Source of the DNA: an uncultured Gammaproteobacteria bacterium
GTDB taxonomy: Bacteria; Pseudomonadota; Gammaproteobacteria; CAWCPV01
DNA: 64,000 nucleotides
Assembly: GCA_963797555.1 (NCBI GenBank)
Contig: CAWCPV010000004.1
Span: 224,001-288,000 of the forward strand
Reading direction: 5' to 3'
This document shows, in pieces, positions 56,613 through 64,000 of this stretch; position 1 is the first letter of the stretch; each line of letters begins with the position of its first letter. The notes under the pieces are model-generated. The model was not told where the DNA came from, ran no database searches, and saw only the letters and a program-made list of their open reading frames with translations. The translations under genes were made by a program, and so were the position numbers.

Positions 56613-57319
56613 CCGTTGCAGGCGCCCTTCGGGTGGCAGGGTTAGGGGCGGTGCTTGCCTGTGGGGCCTGTGCGCTGGTACCGGGGGGCCGCCACTCACC
56701 GTCCGCCACCTTCGCACTGGACGAGTCCGTCGTCCGACAGCAGTGCGCGGCCTCCGCCAGGGTCGGTTCCCAGGGTGGTGTGGGTACCCTGCTGGTGTCG
56801 ACGCCGCGCGGCGCGCCGGGATTCGATACACCCCAAATGGCCTACGTACTGCGCCCGTACAGCCTCGACTACTATGCCTACAGCCGCTGGGTGGATACCC
56901 CTTCGCGCATGTTGGCCCCGCTCCTCGCAAGCTGCATGGACCAGACCGGGCAGTTCGCCGCAGTGGTACTGAGCCCCAGCACGGCTGCGGCGAATTGGCG
57001 TCTGGACAGCGAGCTGCTGTATCTACAGCAGGAGTTCACTCACAAGCCCAGCCAGGTGCGGCTGGGGCTACGGGCGCAGGTGCTGGACACACGCAGCGCC
57101 CAGATCGTCGCGCAGCGGTACTTCGAGCGGATCGTCCGGGCGCCGACGGACGACCCGTACGGCGGGGCGGTCGCGACCAACCGGGCGACGGGTCGCCTTC
57201 TCGCGGAGGTCGCCGAGTGGACGGTGGCGGCGACGGCCCGCCGTGCTCCGAGCAGAGCCTCAGGCAACCACGAGGCGGGTTCCGATGGTTTGGCCCATGC
57301 GCACCGGAGCTTGCGGTGA
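56609..57319 (+). CDS. ABC-type transport auxiliary lipoprotein (PqiC-like)
   Basis: Lipobox-like LACGAC, YYAYSRWVDTP, LQQEF. Confidence 0.85.
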   Translation: MTVAGALRVAGLGAVLACGACALVPGGRHSPSATFALDESVVRQQCAASARVGSQGGVGTLLVSTPRGAPGFDTPQMAYVLRPYSLDYYAYSRWVDTPSRMLAPLLASCMDQTGQFAAVVLSPSTAAANWRLDSELLYLQQEFTHKPSQVRLGLRAQVLDTRSAQIVAQRYFERIVRAPTDDPYGGAVATNRATGRLLAEVAEWTVAATARRAPSRASGNHEAGSDGLAHAHRSLR

Positions 57320-58129
57320 CAGCTCGGACCTCCAGCGCACCTGCCCGACACCGAAAAGCACGATCACGGTGGACCCTAGGTTGAAGCGTCCCATCTCCTC
57401 GCCGCGTTCCAGCAAAATCGGGTCGGCTTGGCCGGTGTAGTCCCATCTGTTACCCCGGTGCAGATACGGAGGCGTCATCCGCCCGGACCACACCGTCTCG
57501 ATACTACCCACGCCGATGGCTCCCACCAGCACCACGGCCATCGGACCGGCCGGGCTGTCGAAGAGGGTCACGAGCCGCTCGTTGCGGGTGAACAGACCAG
57601 GCACCACCCGGGCGGTGCCGGTGTTGACGCTGAACAGGCGCCCGGGCACATAGACCATCTCCCGCAGCCGCCCCCGCAGCGGCATGTGTACCCGGTGGTA
57701 GTCCCGCGGTCCCAGGTACAGGGTCGCGAAGCTGCCGTCCCGGAAGGGCGCCGCCCGCTCGCGGAGGCCTCCCAACAGCGCGGTCAGCGAGTAGTGCCTC
57801 CCCTTGGCCTGAATCAGTGTCTCGCCGTGAAGCTCGCCTGCCTGGCTGACCGTCCCATCCACCGGACAGACTACCGCGTCGCCTTCCCGGACCATCGGTC
57901 GCGCGCCGGCCTTGAGAGCCCGCGTGAAGAAGCTATTGAAGTCGGGGTACGCCCGTAAATCACGCTCCTGTGCGGCGTCCAGGTCTACCTCATAGTGATG
58001 AGTGAACCAGCGGATCAAGGCGTTCTTCCACCACACCCAGCGCAGCCGCGCTACGCCGTACATCAGCCGCGACAACGCGTGCTGCGGCAGTAGGTACTGC
58101 GGGAGCACCCTGAGGTGGGCCGACAGCAT
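57260..58129 (-). CDS. psd: Phosphatidylserine decarboxylase
   Basis: FNSFFTR, YLGPRDYHRVHMP, NER, FNLGSTVI (LGST cleavage site). Confidence 0.96.
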   Translation of the reverse strand: MLSAHLRVLPQYLLPQHALSRLMYGVARLRWVWWKNALIRWFTHHYEVDLDAAQERDLRAYPDFNSFFTRALKAGARPMVREGDAVVCPVDGTVSQAGELHGETLIQAKGRHYSLTALLGGLRERAAPFRDGSFATLYLGPRDYHRVHMPLRGRLREMVYVPGRLFSVNTGTARVVPGLFTRNERLVTLFDSPAGPMAVVLVGAIGVGSIETVWSGRMTPPYLHRGNRWDYTGQADPILLERGEEMGRFNLGSTVIVLFGVGQVRWRSELSPQAPVRMGQTIGTRLVVA

Positions 58130-58133
58130 GCGC

Positions 58134-59015
58134 TCAGGCCGGCGTGTGGGGGGCGGTGGGCTCTTGGTGGGCTCTGTCGCCGGGGACGAGGCGCATGGAC
58201 AGGTCGACTGCCCGCACGTGTTTAGTCAACGCACCGACCGAGACGTAGTCCACTCCCGTCTCGGCGATGGCTCGCAGGTCCTCTAGGCGCACGCTGCCCG
58301 ATGCCTCGAGCTTCGCACGGGCCTGGTTGATGGCCACCGCCTGACGTAGCGCGGCCAGCTCTAAGTTATCTAGCAGCACGATGTCGGCCCCGGATTCTAC
58401 GGCTTCGCCGAGCTGCTCCAAGTTCTCCACCTCCACTTCGAGAGGCACACCCGGCCAGCGCGATCGTGCGGCGCCCACCGCTGCGCGGATGGAGCCGAGC
58501 GCGCAGATGTGGTTCTCCTTGATAAGCAGGCCGTCATATAGCCCCCGCCGGTGGTTGCGGCAGCCGCCTACAACGACCGCGAACTTCTGGGCTGAGCGCA
58601 GGCCGGGCAGGGTCTTGCGGGTATCGAGCACTTTCGTGGCCAGACCCTCGACGGCTCGGGCATAACGCCGTGCCGTGGTCGCCACCCCGGACAGCGTCTG
58701 GAGGAAGTTCAGGGCGGTCCGCTCACCGGTCAGCATGGCCGGGGTAGGGCCGCGAACATCGCACAGCGCCTGGTCCGGGGATACCTCGTCGCCATCACGT
58801 GCACGCCACAGGATTTCGATGCGCGAGTCCAACTGGCGGAACACCTCGGCGAACCAGGCGCAGCCGCACAGTACTGCCCGTTCACGGCTGATCACCACTG
58901 CCGCAGCCCGGCCATCTTCGGGCAGCAACGCGGCGGTGAGGTCTCCGCTGCCCACGTCTTCGGCGAGTGCCCGTCTCACCGTGTCCGCGATGTCGTCCGG
59001 TAGGGCGGGGATCAT
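58134..59015 (-). CDS. nadC: Quinolinate phosphoribosyltransferase
   Basis: [43 protein letters not shown]. Confidence 0.96.
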   Translation of the reverse strand: MIPALPDDIADTVRRALAEDVGSGDLTAALLPEDGRAAAVVISRERAVLCGCAWFAEVFRQLDSRIEILWRARDGDEVSPDQALCDVRGPTPAMLTGERTALNFLQTLSGVATTARRYARAVEGLATKVLDTRKTLPGLRSAQKFAVVVGGCRNHRRGLYDGLLIKENHICALGSIRAAVGAARSRWPGVPLEVEVENLEQLGEAVESGADIVLLDNLELAALRQAVAINQARAKLEASGSVRLEDLRAIAETGVDYVSVGALTKHVRAVDLSMRLVPGDRAHQEPTAPHTPA

Positions 59016-59026
59016 TCTCTGGCAGG

Positions 59027-59150
59027 TCAGCGGCGGCGTAGCGCGTTTTCCATTTCGGTGAGCACCAGCACCGACACGCCGGCGAGCACGACCCGGGTCC
59101 CGGCGGCGGGTGAGATGGCGGCCGTGCCGAAGAGGGCTTGGACGAACAAC
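59027..59150 (-). pseudogene. C-terminal remnant of a cation-transporting P-type ATPase
   Basis: [39 protein letters not shown] resembles the last TM helix of Cation_ATPase_C. Confidence 0.5.
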
Positions 59151-59369
59151 AGCTTGTGCTCCCATGCGGACCTAGACATCCACATCCCACCCCCGGCGCT
59201 ACGGCTCCTCACCGTCGCCGACTCGATCTCCTGACCAGTCATGGCGGTGCGGCCGCCGCCGAGCCGAGCAGCGCACCGTGACCTGGCAGGTCAGGGCACG
59301 GTCGCAGCAACCGGATTGCTCAGCGAGCCAAGAAAATCCGTGCCTTGAAGTACCGGATGCTGACCGATC

Positions 59370-60962
59370 TCAAGACGACCACAGTGTGCGCCGAAGCTCC
59401 TCGATTTCCGCGGTCAGCGGGGCCCTGAGGACGGCGGGGGCTGCGGAGTGGAGAAACTCGGCGAATGCCTCAATGGGGTCTTGGGGCCGATTTCGAATTT
59501 GGGCGTGCGCCGTCTCAAACCAGCGGGTGACCTCTTCGTGTGCGGTCTGCGCGTCGACAGGCCCGCCGGCGCCGAACCCGGAATACTCGACGAACACCAC
59601 CTCGGGTTTGCTGGAGAGGGAAGCCAACACCTGATCGGATAGCCCGGATACGCTGCCGGAGGCGGACAGGCGCGTTACCAGCGACTGCGCGTTGCGGAAC
59701 AGCCTGGTAATCTCCTGATGCAACCGCCCTAGCTGATCGGGATACAGCCGCAGCCCCGCCACCGGCAGGAAGCTCGACAGGGCGCCCGCAATCTGTTCGG
59801 CGGAATGTGGCGTCGGGGTTTCGTTCGTTAGACTGGCGAGCCGGACGATGTGGCGATCGAGAAGACTTCCCAAGCCCCGTGCCAACCGGACGGTCTCCCC
59901 GGCGCTCCTGCTCAGCGCGGAACGCAGGCCCTCCTCGCGGCCACCTTGCTGGAGACCGCGTGCGTGGACTGCCCACGCGGTCGTCTCGCGACCAAAGCCG
60001 AGGTCCTGCAGCAGAGCATCGAGGCGCGACAGCTCCCGGTTCATCGCGTCCCGGCGCTCGACCAGTAGCCTCTGCCTGCCCGTGACGACGGCGATCCTGG
60101 CCCTCAGCTCCTGCAGCCGCTTGCTGGTACCCGGCCGGCTCATCGTGGTGAGGGCGCGCTCGAGCTTCCGGAACACCCCCGACGGGGTATCGTCGGCGCT
60201 GGGCGCCAAGTCCTGCTGCAGGAGTTCTTGGTCCGCGCGCAGTGCGTGCAGAGCGTAGTGGATCGAACTGTCCAGCTCCTCCACGATGCGTGTGCGTTCC
60301 CGCTGGATGCGTTCCCGCTCCGCGACGACGAACGCCGCCAGCACGGCCTTCCGCAGCTCCGACTCAATCGCCAGATACTTTTCCAGGGCATGCGTGGTTT
60401 CCACCTGCTGAGCCGCGAGGGCGTCGAGGCGGTCCAGTGTGTCCTTGAGGTCTCCCACCGGCAGCAGGGGCTCCGTTTTCTCAGCCGATCCTTCTCTGGC
60501 GACCGCCAACGGAGCCCCCGACGCGACCCCTGTCAGCGCCGCCAATGAGCCCTCGAACGTCGCCTGTAGACGAGAGGCGTTCTCTTGGCGCATGTGTAGA
60601 ACAAGGCCGCGGAAGAGTGTTTCGGTATAGTCCCGCTTCCGCTCCAAGTCGATGCCCTCGCGGCCGGCGGGAGGGAATGCTGTCGGGGGTTCCCGATCCC
60701 CGCCCCCCCCGGCCGAGGTGTCCGCCTGCGCCTGGGGTTGCGTCGCGGCACCGGCGTAGTAGTCGAAGTACGTGCACTCCCGGCCGTCCACCACGACGCC
60801 CCAGACCTCGTGGCGTCCGGGGACGCTCGGCGCCGTTTTGGGCGGGGTATCGGCACCTTCGGCCGCGGACGGGCGCGCCGTATCGCCCTGGCCCACCGAA
60901 CCTGGTGTGCTTGGCTCGTTGCTCTTTACTACTGCGTCTTCAGGCTGCATAGAAGTGCGCAA
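59370..60962 (-). CDS. Hypothetical coiled-coil protein
   Basis: 530-aa open frame with a protein-like helical core; no family recognised. Confidence 0.65.
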   Translation of the reverse strand: MRTSMQPEDAVVKSNEPSTPGSVGQGDTARPSAAEGADTPPKTAPSVPGRHEVWGVVVDGRECTYFDYYAGAATQPQAQADTSAGGGGDREPPTAFPPAGREGIDLERKRDYTETLFRGLVLHMRQENASRLQATFEGSLAALTGVASGAPLAVAREGSAEKTEPLLPVGDLKDTLDRLDALAAQQVETTHALEKYLAIESELRKAVLAAFVVAERERIQRERTRIVEELDSSIHYALHALRADQELLQQDLAPSADDTPSGVFRKLERALTTMSRPGTSKRLQELRARIAVVTGRQRLLVERRDAMNRELSRLDALLQDLGFGRETTAWAVHARGLQQGGREEGLRSALSRSAGETVRLARGLGSLLDRHIVRLASLTNETPTPHSAEQIAGALSSFLPVAGLRLYPDQLGRLHQEITRLFRNAQSLVTRLSASGSVSGLSDQVLASLSSKPEVVFVEYSGFGAGGPVDAQTAHEEVTRWFETAHAQIRNRPQDPIEAFAEFLHSAAPAVLRAPLTAEIEELRRTLWSS

Positions 60963-61276
60963 AAGGCTGGCCGTGCCGCTACCGGCAAGGCATACAGATG
61001 CGTGGCCAGCAGATTATGAACCGGCGAGCCCGGGATATAAATCCCTCCCGCGATGTGATGGAGTGTTTAGAGACCATCGCAGTTCACTCTCTAAAGAATA
61101 ATCGAACCTTTACCTTGGAGGGGGCTCGCGCGCCCCGCCCGACCCATCTTGCTCTGTTTCTCGTCGGGGTCTCGCAGCGGCACCCCAACCTGCACGCTAT
61201 AGCGTAGACGACGGAAGAAGGTCAGGCAACGGTTTCGCCGCTCCATAGCGCAACTCGGTGTCCGGCGCTCCCGACA

Positions 61277-62660
61277 GAGCTATGCTCGAATCTGGTGTAC
61301 GGGGTTTGAGTGAGGCGGCGTATCCGGCTGGAATGTGAAGGGACCAGAGACACAAGCCAGCCGTGGAGGATACGCCGATGGATAACGATAGACCGATGGA
61401 CGGCAGAGTGCCAGAGGGCGAGACGAGCGACCTGCTGACCGAACTTCTGAGAACGGGAGCGCGGCAACTGATTGCGCAGGCGGTGGAAGCGGAGCTGACC
61501 GAATTCCTGGGGGCAGTTCCAGGGCGTGAAGTCGTTGGATGGCCGGGCGGCTGTGGTGCGAAACGGCTACCTGCCAGAGCGTGAGATCCGGACGGGTGTG
61601 GGGCCGGTCGCGGTGAAGGTGCCCAGGGTGCGAGACCGCAGTGGGTCAGGCATTCGGTTCCACTCCCGGTGCGGCGCACCAGGAGCTTGGAGGAGTTGCT
61701 GCCTTGGCTGTATTTGAAGGGAGTCTCCACGGGCGATTTTCAGGAGGCGTTGGCTTCATTGCTAGGCGAGCAGGCCGAGGGGCTGTCGCCTTCGACCCTC
61801 AGCCGGCTGAAACGTCAATGGGAAGAGGAGCACCAGCGCTGGGCACGCCGGGACCCCTCAGGCAAGCGCTACGTGTATTGGTGGGCCGATGGGGTGTACT
61901 TCAATGTGCGTGGGGAACAGGCGCGCGAATGCCTGCTCGTCATCGTCGGAGTGACCGAACAGGGCACCAAGGAGTTCGTGGCCATTGAGGACGGCTTCCG
62001 GGAGTCGGAGCAGAGCTGGCTGGAGGTCCTGACGCGGCTCAAGCACCAGGGGCTGAAGGTCGGTCCCGAACTCGCCGTCGGCGATGGCGCTTTGGGCTTG
62101 TGGAAGGCGCTCACCAAAGTCTACGACCAAACACGCCATCAGCGCTGTTGGGTGCACAAGAGGCTAACGTGCTGAACAAGCTCCCCAAGAGTCTCCAGCC
62201 GAAGGCCAAGAGCGCTCTTCACGAGATCTGGATGGCTGAAAGCCGCCACCAGGCGCAGAAGGCCTTTGAGGCGTTCCTCGACACCCACCGTGACAAGTAT
62301 CCCAAGGCGGCACAGTGCCTGGAGAAGGACCGCGAGCAACTGCTTGCCTTCTACGACTTTCCAGCCGTGCATTGGCAGCACATCCGCACCACCAACCCCA
62401 TCGAGTCGACCTTCGCCACAGTACGGCTTCGCACCGACAAGACCCGGGGTTGCGTGTCACGCCAGAGCTTCCTGGCGATGGTCTACAAGCTCGGCCAGAG
62501 CGCGGCCAAACGCTGGCGTCGACTCAGGGGCTTCGAACGCTTGGCCGAGGTCATTGCCGGGGTGAAATTCAAAGATGGAGTGCGTGTGGAAGCTGCGGAA
62601 GCCAACCGGATCGCCGCCTGATTCAGCCCATGCTCATACACCAGACTCTGACTATATCTC
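61277..62660 (+). mobile_element. IS256-family insertion sequence with frameshifted transposase (about 61378-62621)
   Basis: RNGYLPER, LYLKGVSTGDF, YWWADGVY, DGALG, QRCWVHK, IRTTNPIESTFATVR. Imperfect terminal IRs (GAGCTATGCTCGAATCTGGTGTA / GAGATATAGTCAGAGTCTGGTGTA). 9-bp TSD CTCCCGACA at 61268-61276 and 62661-62669. Confidence 0.93.
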
Positions 62661-63816
62661 CTCCCGACACGCGTTCCCCCCCAACGGTTCATGGCGACAC
62701 TCGCCACGGCGCGCGAAAGCCGTTGCGGCGCCAGGGGGTCGCCGACGGCGCCGGGCGATTGTGACAGATATCGCCGAGCGCGCTGATACCTTATAACGGT
62801 TAGCTGTCTGCTGGCTCGGTCGGTCGCTCTCGGGACGCTCAGCAGATTTGTCCACAGGCTCTGGGCCGGAGTGGTAAGGTCGGCCAGTGAGAAAAGACCT
62901 CCTGTCAGGGCTTCCCGTCCTTTTGAGCGGCAAATACTGTCGTAGCACAGCGTGGGCAGGGTGCTGGTGTGAAGGGTAGAGCTGTGGCTGCCACAGGGGC
63001 GTCCGCCGGTGGTCCTTTGACGGCAGGGTTAGCGAGAGGCACACTTGGCGCAGTTCCCGTAACATTACGACTGCGCATCCTCGTTGACGCGCCACGGCAG
63101 CTATGAGCGGTTCCACCGGCTCGGCACATCGGCACATATGATGCCTCGCTCGTGTAGCCGAGAAGCGCACGGTAGGGGCTGGAGTGAGCGGATGTCGTCT
63201 GGCCTCTAAAATCATGGGGAGCGAAGCCCCTGGGGGTTGAGGGCACCGAGACCTTGACCAGTGCCTGGGTACCAGGATGCCACGCGAATGTCGTTGCGCG
63301 TCGGGCCCGCACGCTCTTAATTGCGCCGGAAATCAAAGCGCCGGGTGCTGCCGGGGTACTGGACCGCTGTGGCGACACGTCAGGCGAGATTGGGAAGGCG
63401 ACATAGGAAGAGCCGTCTGGACCGCCTGCCCCGGCGCCCGATCGGATGCCGGACGGCCGACCGCGAGGTGTCGCGGAGGTCGCTCCGCAAGCGGCGGTCT
63501 CCAGCGATGGAGTCAGGGTGTGAACTTCCCCCTGGGACCGAGGTGATGGACTTCTTCCGGGATGGCGCGGAGCCGCTCCATGCAGCTTTTGACAGGGCTC
63601 ACGGCGGTGGAGAAGCCCACTCGTTGTCTGGACTGCCTGCGTTCCAAACGTCCTCGGCGCCAGCGCACCGCCGAGGGTCTCGGGCGGTACCTTCTCAGGC
63701 CACCGGCACGCGTCGAGGTTCCGGCTGCCGGAGGCCTCTGGTCCCGTTGCCACGCCAACGGGTCGACTGGTTAGGTGGGGCCTGAGGCGCTTGAGGCTGC
63801 ACCTGACAAGAATTGA

Positions 63817-64000
63817 GGGCACCTCGAAAAATTGGCGCGGCGGGCGGCTGCCCGGTAGACTGGCGCCAGTTCGTGGCCGATGAGGAACAGAGCGATGCCC
63901 CAGCCCGGATTCTTCGACCTCGATGAGCGCTATGAGCGTCTGAGCCGGCTCGGTGACCCCCTGGTGCACATCCAGCAGGTGGTCGACTGGGAGGGTTTTC
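63817..64000 (+). mobile_element. IS5-family element, left end and transposase N-terminus (truncated by window)
   Basis: ATG 63895 MPQPGFFDLDERYERLSRLGDPLVHIQQVVDWEGF; IR-like GGGCACCTCGAAAAA upstream. Confidence 0.8.

Overview
GC-rich gammaproteobacterial chromosomal window in three parts. (1) 1-21.9 kb is a defence island. It opens with a WYL regulator, a coiled-coil J-domain (HPD) gene and a HIRAN gene. A cluster of mostly decayed type II toxin-antitoxin modules follows (VapBC, orphan BrnA, HicBA, BrnTA, a MazF-like tail), interleaved with a type I-G (I-U) CRISPR-Cas locus: cas3 with C-terminal HD, csx17/cas8g, csb1/cas7g, csb2, a heavily frameshifted cas4-cas1 fusion, cas2, a boxA-containing leader and an array of about 73 repeats. 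An IS110 remnant closes the island. (2) 21.9-59.0 kb is mostly housekeeping: prkA-yeaH-spoVR, queG, nnr-tsaE-amiB-mutL, moaD, mepK/ycbK, BtuCD-like ABC genes, rppH-ptsP, mutS, htpX, fimX/fimW-like genes, epmB-efp-epmA, Mla/MCE-type ABC genes, psd and nadC. (3) 59-64 kb is a second variable region with an orphan 530-aa ORF, an IS256 element with a 9-bp target duplication and the start of an IS5-family element. The best candidate for an undescribed system is the WYL / J-domain / HIRAN module beside the Cas operon. Family calls come from motif recognition by eye; no database searches were run.
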